From: Candidatus Bathyarchaeota archaeon
GTDB taxonomy: Archaea; Thermoproteota; Bathyarchaeia; Bathyarchaeales; Bathycorpusculaceae
NCBI GenBank assembly: GCA_963775685.1
Contig: CAVZJV010000014.1
Span: 256,001 to 320,000, forward strand
Length of the DNA stretch: 64,000 nucleotides
Direction of reading: 5' to 3'
A model generated the notes under the pieces. That model did not search any database and was not told the DNA's origin. It was given only the letters and a program-made list of their open reading frames with translations. Positions 31,369 to 41,942 of this stretch are shown here, one piece after another (position 1 is the stretch's first letter; each line of letters starts with the position of its first letter). The translations under genes and the position numbers were made by a program.

Positions 31369-32226
31369 TCATCGAAAATAAGCAGTGTGTAGTCTTCCTT
31401 TATTTTTAGTGACGGAACAAAGAGGTTTTTTTACTTTGCCTTCAAGGAAAAGCCCGCAGATGGTTACACAATTTGAAATTTCGGGCAAACTCATGCCGAT
31501 TAGTGGCGATGACTTGAACACTGAGTATTCGCTAATTTCTTTGGTTCCGATTGTTTCAGAGAAAACAACTCCTACCAAATTGTTCGTTACGGCTGAGAGT
31601 GCTAATAGATGGTCAACTGTGACCGAGGAGGGTATAACCATGTCTGTGCCTGCGTTTTTGCTGTTTCCACCAAGGTTTAGTCATGAACAACGTTATCATT
31701 CTGATGTCGGGTCGAGTTTTCTTGGGGCTCAGTTTAGAGAGCATATTGTCTGCGTTTTTTCATGAGCATTTACAACAATTGAAGCACGGTCTATGGCTGC
31801 GCTGTTTAGAGCTGCCATGGGCTGAGTAATCTGTTCTAAGAATACAACTGCATCTTTCCCGAAGTAACCCCTCGTAGGTGTGAGGGCCAGCGTCCTATAA
31901 CTTGGTCAAGTCATAGTTCCAAGTTTCTCTGTAACGTGCTGTCCCGGTGGGTGTAACCTAAAATGATAACGTGTTGTTTTAGTTTTCGCAAGAGTTTTTT
32001 GTCTGCTTGACTTTAGGCTAAATCGCCTTTTGACAATTGTTAACGCTACTTGCAATAAGGATGCAATTGCTCCTACCGAAAAGATAATCATTATAATTAA
32101 AAGCACCGATTCCCAAGGATCCATGTTGAAAAAGTTGCTTCCGTTCGGAACGTAAAATCCAATAGTGGTAGTTATTGAAACGGAGGATAAAAGGGCGCCA
32201 AGGGCTGGAAGATGCTCGTAAACCAA
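31369..32226 (-). pseudogene. Degraded potassium-channel / TrkA-domain protein
   Basis: Pore-like SITTTIGF followed by a TM helix, then stop-interrupted RCK-like remnants (NAGTDMVIPSS; SEYSVFKSSPLIGMSL). Confidence 0.55.
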
Positions 32227-32584
32227 GAAAATTGCAGCGCCTCAAATGAACATGAATTCGAGGATAATTATTTGGCGATAAACAGCTTGCATAAAAACAA
32301 ATGGTCCGTAATGTGACTTCTAAAAAATGAAGCTTACTTTACAGCTTTCTCTATTGCCTCTCTTTTTACGGGTTTTCGAATAAAAATCTGGTATGTTTTT
32401 AGTCACCGGATGTGCTATATGGAAAAGCTGCTATGGCTTCATATATTTTTCGGAAAAGACACCGATACAAGCCTGTTTACCGCCAAAGCCTCAAGCCATT
32501 GTGCTTCCGCTTACTTGCTGTTGTTGTAAGGGGACAGTCACATAGGGTTATGTTATCAAACGGAAACCTATCTATAGAAAGCTT

Positions 32585-33580
32585 ATGTCTGACATTATAG
32601 ACGTCAAAAACCTTGTTTTAGTCTACGGCGACGGCACTAAAGCAGTGGATAACATTTCATTCAGCGTAGGGGCTGGCGAATTCTTTGGTTTCCTAGGTCC
32701 CAACGGAGCCGGGAAAAGTACTACTATTAAGGTTTTAACGACTCTTCTTAGAAAAACATCTGGCACTGTTACGATTGCAGGCTATGATGTTGAAAGGCAA
32801 GCGGCTGATATTCGTAAAATCATAGGAGTTCAAAGCCAAGAAACAACCGTCGATGGTGACCTAACAGGTATAGAAAACATTACGTTGCAAGGGCATTTCC
32901 ACCAGATGAACAGAGACGAAATCAAAAAACGAGTAAACGAACTTCTGGTTCTAGTTGGTCTTGAAGAAGCTGCGGAAAAACGCGCCAGAAATTACTCGGG
33001 TGGAATGAAAAAAAGGCTTGACCTCGCTACCGCCCTTATTCATAAACCCAAAATCCTGTTTCTAGATGAACCAACAACAGGTTTAGATCCCCAGTCAAGG
33101 GCAGCAATTTGGAGTTATTTGGAAAAACTCAACAAAAATGAGGGAATAACTATTTTCTTAACAACTCAGTATCTGGAAGAAGCCGACAGGCTATGTAAAA
33201 GGCTTTCGATAATTGATTCTGGAAAAATAGTTGCAAGCGGTTCTCCGGCTGAATTAAAGCGGGAAATCGGAGCTGACTCTATCAGAATATCTCTTGAGAA
33301 CTGCAAAAAAGACAGCTCAAACGCTAAGGAAATTATTAAGAGCATGACTGATGTTACTGAAATACTAGATTCAGAAGAATGCCTCACAGTTTATGCTAAG
33401 AATGCAGGTTTGCTCATTGCTGATATTGTAAGGGCTTTAGATAGCAGTGACATTCGACTTGCTTCGGTAACGTTTTCTTCGCCCTCTTTGGACGATGTTT
33501 TTATGAAACACACAGGCAGAAGAATACGAACTGAAGAACTTGTTAAAGCTCCCAGCAGAATGTTTGGAGGACGCCGCTAA
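32585..33580 (+). CDS. DrrA-family ABC exporter ATP-binding protein
   Basis: GPNGAGKST, YSGGMKKRL, LFLDEPTTGLDP, SLDDVF. Confidence 0.93.
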   Translation: MSDIIDVKNLVLVYGDGTKAVDNISFSVGAGEFFGFLGPNGAGKSTTIKVLTTLLRKTSGTVTIAGYDVERQAADIRKIIGVQSQETTVDGDLTGIENITLQGHFHQMNRDEIKKRVNELLVLVGLEEAAEKRARNYSGGMKKRLDLATALIHKPKILFLDEPTTGLDPQSRAAIWSYLEKLNKNEGITIFLTTQYLEEADRLCKRLSIIDSGKIVASGSPAELKREIGADSIRISLENCKKDSSNAKEIIKSMTDVTEILDSEECLTVYAKNAGLLIADIVRALDSSDIRLASVTFSSPSLDDVFMKHTGRRIRTEELVKAPSRMFGGRR

Positions 33581-34353
33581 TGACTCTACTTTCTGATACA
33601 CGTTACATATTCATAAGGTATATGACAAAACTCGTCCGTACCCCCATCTTGCTTTTCTTTTCGCTTTTTCAGCCCCTCCTGTTCCTTCTACTATTCACAC
33701 AGCTGCTAGGTAGACTTGGAAATTTTCCAGGAATATTGCCCCCCGGAGTAGGTTATTTAGAGTTTGCGACTGCAGGGATTCTGATGCAAAATGCGTTTGG
33801 AAGCGCTCTGCAATCAGGAAACTCGATAGTGGCTGATATAGACTCAGGTTACCTGCAGAAAATGCTCGTAACACCTGTAAGTCGCCCCGCAATTTTGCTG
33901 GGCAGGTTAAGCAGTGACGCTTTCAGAGTAGTTATTCAGACAGCCATAATTCTTGCTTTAGCATATGCGTTGGGTGCCTATGTTACTACAGGAATCATTG
34001 GGATTTTACTTATCTTCTTCACTCTTGCTTTCTTCGGACTTGCTTGGTCAGGAATCTCTTTAGCAATAGGCATGAAGACCAGAAGTGCTGAGACGGTTTT
34101 CGCGATAGGTGGCGTCATCACTTTTCCGTTGCTGTTTTTAAGTCCGGCGTTGTTCCCGATTAGTTTTCTGCCAACATGGGTGCAAGACGTTTCAATGTTT
34201 AACCCTGTAAGTTATGCCGTGGACGCTAGTCGAGCGCTTATGATTAACGGGTATGACTGGGCTACGATTCTTCCAGCTTGGGGCGTAATCGGATTAGTTG
34301 CCCTTATAACGCTAAGCGCTACTTTGTATCAGTTCAGAAAAGTTGTCAGCTAA
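33580..34353 (+). CDS. ABC-2 type permease (DrrB-like)
   Basis: Six TM segments, QPLLFLLLF, NPVSYAVDA; coupled to the ATPase gene. Confidence 0.9.
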   Translation: MTLLSDTRYIFIRYMTKLVRTPILLFFSLFQPLLFLLLFTQLLGRLGNFPGILPPGVGYLEFATAGILMQNAFGSALQSGNSIVADIDSGYLQKMLVTPVSRPAILLGRLSSDAFRVVIQTAIILALAYALGAYVTTGIIGILLIFFTLAFFGLAWSGISLAIGMKTRSAETVFAIGGVITFPLLFLSPALFPISFLPTWVQDVSMFNPVSYAVDASRALMINGYDWATILPAWGVIGLVALITLSATLYQFRKVVS

Positions 34354-34820
34354 AAAAGCTGACTTTACTCAACGGGTAAGTAGTACCCATTAGCTGTCAG
34401 TAGAATTAGTAGATAACCCCTTAATTTTTTTATTTCAATCGAATCGGGTTGCAGTGCCGATGACTTTCAGGGTTTTATAACCCCTATTGCATTGGCGACG
34501 GTTTCTTGTACTAAAATGTTGAGCGTCGCTGGTTTCAACTAATGTGTATTTTGGGGCTAAAATTTTCTCTTAATCATTTTGTGGTTTTTTCCAAAAAACT
34601 TGGCGTCGGGGGGTCTTAAATGTTTAAGTGATAAATGACATTTTCTCTCAGTAGCTTGATAACTATCGAAAATCTAAAGTGGAAAAAATGCACTAAAGAA
34701 ATATATATTTTAACGAGTCAATATGGCGAAAGATGCCACTTTGATGTGACAACTAATATACTTGAACGAATTAATTTCCCAACCATTCCAACTCACTCTC
34801 AAGGGAAAGGAGCAGGCGTC

Positions 34821-36503
34821 TTGCTTAGCAAACTCTGGAACACACTAAATCGCTTATCCTCGAAAAAATCCCTAAAGTACACCCTCTATCTCTCAGCTAT
34901 CATAGTTTTTTTTGCTATAATTTTAATTCCACCTATAATCGGCATACTAGTTAACGTAGGAACCGTGAGTGCCGTCATCAACCAGCCTTCTGAAGTTAAC
35001 GTAGCCCTGGGTGCAATCTCAAACTCAATAATCATCGGCTTAATTGTTGCAGCCCTAGATTTAGCCGCTGGTATTCCCCTCGCATGGCTAATCACCCGAG
35101 GCAAGTCAAGATGGCTAAGTGTGCTGGATACTCTTGCGGACCTGCCATTCATTGTGCCAACATCTGCCTTAGGCTACTCGCTTCTACTGTTTTGGAGCCA
35201 AAGCCCAGAAGGCATATCAGGAATTTTCGGAACAATTATTTCACCAGGCTACGTGCTGGTTATGCTTTTACATTTCACATTTTCATTTCCAGTTGTTGTG
35301 CGAATAGTGGTTGGAGCAATGTTTGACTATAAGATGGAGTATGAACGCGCTTCAAGAACGCTTGGGGCGCCTCCACTGACAGCCGCCCGAACTGTAACTT
35401 TCCCAATTATCAAGCCCTCGCTGCTTGCAGCGTATATTCTTGCTTTTGCAAGGTCGCTTTCAGAAACGGGCGCGACCTTTATCGTAGCTGGAACATTTCT
35501 TAACGGCCCAATTTTCCTGCAAACAGTAAGCAACCAATTCAAAGCGGGTCAAATCTCTCAAGCAACCTATCAAGGCGAAACAGTCTTTGCAAGCTTAATC
35601 CTGATAGGTGTTTCTTTGGTTATTTTCGCTGCAATAACTGTTTTAGGAAAAAGAGTAAAGTTGCCATTTGGACACGGCTTGCCAGTTTTCGAAAAGAAAC
35701 TTAGCTACAAAAAAGCTGCATGGACTAGAAACAGTGTTGCCTTGTTTGTTTTTATTGTGATAGTGCTTATTCCTTCTCTTTTCGTGGCGTTGCCAGCTTT
35801 CCAAGCTATCTCTGAGGGTACTCAGTTAATTCAGGCTTTCACTAGCTCAGGTGTTTGGGCAACTTATTGGCAGAGCCTATTCTTGTCCTATGGTTTAGCA
35901 GTCACTGTTACAATCTTAGGAATCATCATTGGAATACCTATGGCTATACTGATTGCGAGACAAACATTCGGAAAATGGCCCTCAACCATCCTTGACAGTT
36001 TACTTAACATTCCAATTATAGTTCCATCTATCGCTCTTGGTTTATCCTTGAAGTTTTTCTGGCAAGGAACCGGAGTTCCAGAATTTTTGCTGCTTGTTTT
36101 CGCCCACTTAGCGATTACTTTCCCATATTTTGTCCGCTCAATGTCGGCAGCGATGGATCGTATTAGCTTGGATATGGAGGAAGCGGCTAGAACCTTGGGT
36201 GCTAAACCCTTTACGGTGTTTAGGTCAATTGTGTTGCCGCTTACCAAGTACTCGATACTTTCAGGAGCAATCATCGTTTTCACACGAAGCATCAGTGAAA
36301 CAGGTGCAACCTTAGCAGTAGCTACGCATTTGCAGACGACGCCAGTGTTAATAGTTAACTGGGTTAATGCCCTTCGTGGTGTGACGCAGCCGATCGCAGG
36401 TGTAACCTCCTTAACTGTTGGTTTAGCCTGTGGTTTCCTGATTCTTTTTAGCTTGATAATCCTCTTTGTTTTGAGACTTTTAACTAAAAAGGGGAAGGCT
36501 TAG
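34821..36503 (+). CDS. Fused double ABC importer permease (FbpB/ThiP/ModB-like)
   Basis: Two EAA loops (ERASRTLGA, EEAARTLGA), each followed by RS.SETGAT; probable TTG start at 34821 after AGGAG. Confidence 0.85.
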   Translation: MLSKLWNTLNRLSSKKSLKYTLYLSAIIVFFAIILIPPIIGILVNVGTVSAVINQPSEVNVALGAISNSIIIGLIVAALDLAAGIPLAWLITRGKSRWLSVLDTLADLPFIVPTSALGYSLLLFWSQSPEGISGIFGTIISPGYVLVMLLHFTFSFPVVVRIVVGAMFDYKMEYERASRTLGAPPLTAARTVTFPIIKPSLLAAYILAFARSLSETGATFIVAGTFLNGPIFLQTVSNQFKAGQISQATYQGETVFASLILIGVSLVIFAAITVLGKRVKLPFGHGLPVFEKKLSYKKAAWTRNSVALFVFIVIVLIPSLFVALPAFQAISEGTQLIQAFTSSGVWATYWQSLFLSYGLAVTVTILGIIIGIPMAILIARQTFGKWPSTILDSLLNIPIIVPSIALGLSLKFFWQGTGVPEFLLLVFAHLAITFPYFVRSMSAAMDRISLDMEEAARTLGAKPFTVFRSIVLPLTKYSILSGAIIVFTRSISETGATLAVATHLQTTPVLIVNWVNALRGVTQPIAGVTSLTVGLACGFLILFSLIILFVLRLLTKKGKA

Positions 36504-36554
36504 CATGGCAACTAATAAGAGTAATAAGGATCTTTCTCAGAGGAGAAGTAGACT

Positions 36555-37655
36555 ATGCCTGATATAAGAGTCGTAAACTTAACTAAAAAATATGGCGACC
36601 TCTATGCTTTAGACAATGTCAGTCTAACCATACGTGACCAAGAATACTTTTCCTTGCTGGGACCAAGCGGCTGCGGCAAAACGACCCTTCTAAGACTAAT
36701 TGCGGGGCTCATCGAACCGGACAGCGGTGAAATCTACATTGGAGATAAACGAGTCGACAAATGCCCCCCTGAAGACCGAGACATAGGTTTTGTCTTCCAA
36801 ACTTTTGCCCTTTTTCCACATATGACAGCTTGGAGTAACGTGCTCTACGGTCCCAAAGTAAAGAACTATGACGCAAAACAAGCTGAGACTATTGGACACG
36901 AAGTTTTGGAGCTAGTAAAACTCGATGAACGTCTAAACGCTTATCCTAGTGAGCTCAGCGGTGGTATGATGCAGAGAATCGCTGTTGCCCGAGCGTTGGC
37001 TGCAGGCGCCAAAACCTTGCTTTTGGATGAACCGTTAGGGCAGCTTGACGCTAAAGTGCGCAACGAAATTCGTTATGAAATTCGTCGCATGGCAAAAGAC
37101 CTCAAGCTCACAGCTATTCACGTTACCCACGACCAAGCTGAAGCTATGTCCATTTCAGATAGGATCGCGGTTATGAAGAAAGGTAAGATTGTGCAAGTAG
37201 GCACCTCGCAGGAGCTCTACATGCACCCAAACAGTTTGTTTGTAGCTCACTTTATTGGGGAATCTAACTTTTTGGAAGGCTACATAACTAAGGTAAATGG
37301 TGAGTCAGAAATTGAGTTGCGACAAGGATTGAAGATTAAAGCCTTAAACCCATTAAACATCACGCAAGAGGAGAGAGTAGTCTTAGCCATACGACCTGAA
37401 ACCTGCGAAATGAAAAGAGGACATATTGATGCTAAAAATAGTTTGTATGGGCAAGTTGAAAAAGCCACTTTTGAAGGTATCGTGGTTCGCTATGAGATTC
37501 GTCTTGAAAACGGCGACCGCTTCGTAATTAACAGACCTTCATTAACTGAGAAGTGGGGCAACATAGGTGAAGATGTCACAATAACTTACCCACTTGATAA
37601 AGCCCATCTGTTCCCATACCCAGAAGCTGGTTTGGCAGAGGAAACCAAGGTTTAA
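36555..37655 (+). CDS. ABC importer ATP-binding protein (PotA/FbpC-like, TOBE domain)
   Basis: GPSGCGKTT, LSGGMMQR, LLLDEP, HVTHDQAEA. Confidence 0.93.
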   Translation: MPDIRVVNLTKKYGDLYALDNVSLTIRDQEYFSLLGPSGCGKTTLLRLIAGLIEPDSGEIYIGDKRVDKCPPEDRDIGFVFQTFALFPHMTAWSNVLYGPKVKNYDAKQAETIGHEVLELVKLDERLNAYPSELSGGMMQRIAVARALAAGAKTLLLDEPLGQLDAKVRNEIRYEIRRMAKDLKLTAIHVTHDQAEAMSISDRIAVMKKGKIVQVGTSQELYMHPNSLFVAHFIGESNFLEGYITKVNGESEIELRQGLKIKALNPLNITQEERVVLAIRPETCEMKRGHIDAKNSLYGQVEKATFEGIVVRYEIRLENGDRFVINRPSLTEKWGNIGEDVTITYPLDKAHLFPYPEAGLAEETKV

Positions 37656-38031
37656 AGCAACCAAAAGACGATAGTGGATGCTGATAGTGCTTATCTTTGT
37701 TATCGGGGGTCTTTAAAATATACATGAAATTTTGCATTTTTTTGTGCTTAAAATTTAAATCTAAGTGTAGTATTTCTATGTGAACTAGCTCGGGGTAGTA
37801 TGGGAGAAAATAAGGCAATTGGACAGAGTATACTAGGACGCTTCGTTAAAAATGAAGCTTGTTTCGTTAAAGACGACCATCTTTTAATTAAAGAAAATCT
37901 TGCTTGTTTGTACAGCTTTAATGCAGAAAAATTTAAATATGTTCACGGCAAGGCTTTTGATTATAACAAGTGCAAATTTGGCACTATCTTCAAGCCGGCT
38001 TTAATGGTAGATATTAATGGAGAGAAAAAAT

Positions 38032-38385
38032 ATGCCCTTTGAAGGTCTTATTGCGGGTCTTATTGCGTTCGTATTAATTTTCGCTTCAACTATGGTAATC
38101 TACGCTTTAGGTAAACGGTCAGCCCCTAAAACTACTCTGAGCGAAAACGAGCAAGCCGCCTACGCTTGCGGTGAAAAAGTAATCTTTCACGGAGTAAAAA
38201 TTAATGTATCCCTCTATAAGTACCTGATTTACTTTGTAATCTTTGACTCATCTGTTTTAGTTCTCGCTTTTGCTTCATTCGCATTAGTAGGCGCAAACTC
38301 CACAAACCCACTTCTCCTAATCATCTACCTTGGCATAATTCTTGCCGCAGGCTTAGTCGTTGTTGAAGGAGGAAAAGAATATTGA
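38032..38385 (+). CDS. NuoA/FpoA-like membrane subunit
   Basis: Three TM segments, YACGE loop, FVIFD. Confidence 0.85.
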   Translation: MPFEGLIAGLIAFVLIFASTMVIYALGKRSAPKTTLSENEQAAYACGEKVIFHGVKINVSLYKYLIYFVIFDSSVLVLAFASFALVGANSTNPLLLIIYLGIILAAGLVVVEGGKEY

Positions 38386-38900
38386 CCGATACAAAAACAT
38401 GGGCCCGCGTAAAATCGCCGTGGGTTTTGCACTTTAACTCAGGTGCCTGCAATGGCTGCGACATCGAAATAGTTGCGCTATTAACTCCAAAATATGATGT
38501 TGAACGATTCGGTGTAAAACTTGAGCCTTCGCCGCGCCACGCAGACGTCCTTTTGGTAACAGGATGCGTTACGCAGCAATGTGCAGAACGTCTCAAAAGG
38601 GTCTATGACCAGATGCCACAACCCAAATTCGTCGTTGCCATAGGAGCATGTGCATGTAGCGGTGGAGTTTTTGCAGGAAACTATAATGTGCTAGGTGGCG
38701 TTGACAAAGTGATCCCAGTTACAGCTTACATACCTGGGTGCCCACCGCGTCCAGAAGCAATCTTAGATGGAGTAGTTAAACTCCTTAATGCCTTAAATCC
38801 ACCTAAGGCAAAAAAGCAGCCTAAACAGCCTAAGGCACCAAAGGAAGAGGTCGCTAAACTGGAAGCACCTATTCCTCAAAATGTAAAAACCAGTAGTTGA
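38382..38900 (+). CDS. Group 4 [NiFe] hydrogenase small subunit (NuoB-like)
   Basis: CNGCDIE (hydrogenase-type CxxC), SPRHADVL, GACACSGG, IPGCPPRP. Confidence 0.93.
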   Translation: MTDTKTWARVKSPWVLHFNSGACNGCDIEIVALLTPKYDVERFGVKLEPSPRHADVLLVTGCVTQQCAERLKRVYDQMPQPKFVVAIGACACSGGVFAGNYNVLGGVDKVIPVTAYIPGCPPRPEAILDGVVKLLNALNPPKAKKQPKQPKAPKEEVAKLEAPIPQNVKTSS

Positions 38901-38913
38901 GGAGGCAAATAAA

Positions 38914-40491
38914 TTGTCAAACAACAAAATAGATATGTTGAAAGTAGTTGAATCCAAACTCGGAAGTAAAGTCCAAATTCAGCCAGGACACTTGAGCACA
39001 GGAACCATACTTGCAAACAACGGGTTGCATCGAGATGTCCTAAAGGCCATGATTGATGCAGACGAAAAAGTCGGCATAACAGCTATAACTGGGCTTGACC
39101 TCGGAGAAAACTTAGGTGTATACTACCATGTTCATTCTTCAAATGCGTTTGTAACAATCAAAGCTGAGGTTCCAAAAGCAAACCCGAAAATCCAGACAAT
39201 TGTTGACCTTCACCCAGGCGCGGCTTTCCACGAACTGGAAGCCGCAGATCTGTTAGGCATAATCTTCGAGGGACACCCAATTTCAGGGCACTTTGTTCTC
39301 TCCGAAAACTGGCCGGACGGCGTCTATCCTCTTAGAAAAGATGTGAAAGCAAACGAAGTAAAAATGGTCCCTACACCGGCATCTGAAGAAATTAAGCTAC
39401 CCACGAATGAAAGGTTAGTAAAAATCATCATCGGTCCCCAGCACCCAGCACTACTAGAGCCTGAAAAATTCGCGGTAACGGTCGAAGGAGAAACAGTAAC
39501 AAATGTCGAACCTCGTATCGGCTATGTCCACCGGGGCATAGAGAAAGCAACAGAATCCCGTACTTACCTGCAAGACGTTTACTTGGTTGAACGAATCTGT
39601 GGCATCTGTAACAGCATTCACGCTGCCGGGTTTGTTGAGGCTGTTGAGAAAATTGCGAAAATTCAAATTCCTGAAAGAGCTCGTTACTTACGTGTCATCG
39701 CGTTGGAACTTAACAGGTTGCACAGTCACCTTTTGACTTTGGGCCACGCAGGACTAGAAATTGGCTATGAAACGATTTTCCAATACTTCTGGCGCGACCG
39801 CGAACCCATCATGGATTTAATAGAGTTAACCAGCGGTAACCGTGTTTACTCCTCACTTATGACAGTTGGTGGCGTGCGACGAGACATAAAAGCCACAGAC
39901 ATTCCGAAAATAAAATCTGTTCTCAAAACGCTACGCGGACAATTGCCCTTCTACCGACAAATCTACGAAAATGAACCCACCCTTAAGTTGCGTATGAAGA
40001 ACGTGGGTGTGCTGAGCCGAGAGGATGCACTAAAATTATCCGTGGTTGGTCCAGTAGCCAGAGCTTCGGGTGTGGATATCGATGTCCGGAAAGATGAGCC
40101 ATATGAAGCATATGGCGAGATTCCCTTCAAAGAAATTGTCTACACAAGCGGCGATACGTGGGGTAGAATGAATGTTCGTATGGATGAGGTTGAAGAAAGC
40201 ATCAACATCATCGAATACGCAGTCGACCACATGCCTTCGGGGCCCTTCCGAATTGATACCGCTCGAAGTGTACCGGTTGGTGAAGCGGTTAACCGTGTTG
40301 AAGCTCCAAGAGGGGAACTCTTCTACTATGTTAGAAGCAACGGTACAGACAAACCTGACCGCGTTAAAGTCCGAACCCCAACATTCGCTAACATACCTTC
40401 CTTCCTTAAAACAGCCATAGGCGAAAGCATAGCTGATGTCCCAGCCAACTTTGTTAGCTTAGACCCCTGCTTCTCATGCACAGACCGGTGA
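38914..40491 (+). CDS. Fused NuoC + group 4 [NiFe] hydrogenase large subunit (NuoCD-like)
   Basis: NuoC motif FEGHP...YPLRKD; GPQHP; HRGIEK; L1 motif RICGIC; L2 motif DPCFSCTDR at the C-terminus. Confidence 0.93.
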   Translation: MSNNKIDMLKVVESKLGSKVQIQPGHLSTGTILANNGLHRDVLKAMIDADEKVGITAITGLDLGENLGVYYHVHSSNAFVTIKAEVPKANPKIQTIVDLHPGAAFHELEAADLLGIIFEGHPISGHFVLSENWPDGVYPLRKDVKANEVKMVPTPASEEIKLPTNERLVKIIIGPQHPALLEPEKFAVTVEGETVTNVEPRIGYVHRGIEKATESRTYLQDVYLVERICGICNSIHAAGFVEAVEKIAKIQIPERARYLRVIALELNRLHSHLLTLGHAGLEIGYETIFQYFWRDREPIMDLIELTSGNRVYSSLMTVGGVRRDIKATDIPKIKSVLKTLRGQLPFYRQIYENEPTLKLRMKNVGVLSREDALKLSVVGPVARASGVDIDVRKDEPYEAYGEIPFKEIVYTSGDTWGRMNVRMDEVEESINIIEYAVDHMPSGPFRIDTARSVPVGEAVNRVEAPRGELFYYVRSNGTDKPDRVKVRTPTFANIPSFLKTAIGESIADVPANFVSLDPCFSCTDR

Positions 40492-40495
40492 CCCC

Positions 40496-41494
40496 ATGAT
40501 CGATTTTACCTTAATCTTTCGCATTCTTGTCTTCCCTGGTTTCACATTTGTGTTACTCTTAACTTTGTTCTGCGATTGGATGGAACGTAAAATCGAAGCA
40601 CGTATACAAAACCGCGTCGGACCAATGGTCGCGGGTCCTGCGGGCATTCTTCAGCCTCTAGCAGACTTCATTAAGTTGCTAACAAAAGAAGATATCGAAC
40701 CAAGAGATGCCAAGAAAATCGTTTTCCGATTTGCTCCCTTGGTGGCTTTCACAATCATGGTCTTTGCTTTTTGCTTCATACCTATTGACGGCGCGAGCGT
40801 TTTATCCGTCAATGGCTTTAGCGGTGACTTGATAGTGATTTTGGCGTTTGCAACAGTCGCGAACTTTTTGCTGTTCCTCTCTGGATGGGCGTCCTGCAAC
40901 CCATACGGTACCATCGGCTCAGCACGAGTTTTAACTCAATTCTTAGGCTATGACATTCCGCTTTTTCTAATTGCTTTAACACCCGCGTTCATCGCTGGTA
41001 GCCTACAAATTGCAACCATCGCTTCACTTCAGGCAACTAAGTTCCTTCCATTTATCCTCATGGCACCATGGGCTTTTGTTTTGTTCGTTATAACTATGCA
41101 GGCGGAACTTGAAAAAGACCCCTTCGACGTACCCCACTCGGAAAGCGAGCTTGTTGGCGGATTGGAAACTGAGTACACAGGCGCCAAGCTAGCTTTCCTG
41201 CATTTGACACGTGACGTGCAAGTGGTTTTTGGCTCAGCGTTAGTGGTTGAGTTGTTCCTTGGCGGGCCTTATGGACCTGTATTTTTTGGTCCTTCATGGA
41301 TCTGGTATAGCTTGTGGTTTGTGCTCAAAGTGCTCGGAGTGGTACTTATATCGGAGTACATCACAACCGTTGTTGCTCGTTTCCGCATTGACCAAGTCCT
41401 CTCCGGCAACTGGAGACTCCTCTTACCCGCAGCGTTGTTATCATTGATGCTTACTGTGGCATTAGTAACATGGGTTTATCCATTGATGGTGTGA
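40496..41494 (+). CDS. NuoH-like membrane subunit
   Basis: ERKIEARIQNRVGP, QPLADFIKLLTKE, PFDVPHSESELVGG. Confidence 0.93.
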   Translation: MIDFTLIFRILVFPGFTFVLLLTLFCDWMERKIEARIQNRVGPMVAGPAGILQPLADFIKLLTKEDIEPRDAKKIVFRFAPLVAFTIMVFAFCFIPIDGASVLSVNGFSGDLIVILAFATVANFLLFLSGWASCNPYGTIGSARVLTQFLGYDIPLFLIALTPAFIAGSLQIATIASLQATKFLPFILMAPWAFVLFVITMQAELEKDPFDVPHSESELVGGLETEYTGAKLAFLHLTRDVQVVFGSALVVELFLGGPYGPVFFGPSWIWYSLWFVLKVLGVVLISEYITTVVARFRIDQVLSGNWRLLLPAALLSLMLTVALVTWVYPLMV

Positions 41495-41498
41495 CAAG

Positions 41499-41942
41499 AT
41501 GCCGAAAAAATCACGTATATCTCCAATATTCAAACGAGCAGCATCCCATTTATTCACAAAGCCAGCAACCACACAATATCCCTTTGTGAAGCCTGAACTT
41601 CCTAGCGATGATCGAGGCAAAACGGTCTATACGATTGACTCTTGCAACGTCATCGATATTGGAACAGGTTCAGGCAGGTTGACTTTAGATGTAAGATCAA
41701 TTGTGGGCTCAAACTGTAGCGTATGCGTTAGAGATTGTCCAGCTGGCGCAATTGAGATAGTCGAAGTTGAAGGCAAAAAACGTCCACAAATTAGTTTCGA
41801 TAAATGCATTTTCTGTCATCAATGCGTTGAAAGCTGTCCCCGGGGTGCAATAAAAAGCTCCGTTTTCTATGAGCTAGCCACCACAGACAAATGTGCACTT
41901 ATCCAGAGACCAAAACCAAACGCTGAGGAGAATAAACCGTAA
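41499..41942 (+). CDS. NuoI-like 2x[4Fe-4S] ferredoxin subunit
   Basis: T.QYP...RG start, CSVCVRDCP and CIFCHQCVESCP. Confidence 0.9.
   Translation: MPKKSRISPIFKRAASHLFTKPATTQYPFVKPELPSDDRGKTVYTIDSCNVIDIGTGSGRLTLDVRSIVGSNCSVCVRDCPAGAIEIVEVEGKKRPQISFDKCIFCHQCVESCPRGAIKSSVFYELATTDKCALIQRPKPNAEENKP

Larger units (their letters stand above)
17234..32300. mobile_element. tRNA-Gly-anchored accessory region / decayed genomic island (right boundary uncertain)
   Basis: Integrase remnant beside the tRNA, low coding density, AT-rich spacers, many pseudogenes and paralogs; no attR found. Confidence 0.5.

Noticed and set aside
34440-34500. Minus-strand GGGG...CTGAAA...ACCCG resembling the start of a TPP riboswitch
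   Set aside because: The 3' half of the aptamer is absent and the orientation is opposite to the downstream ABC importer.
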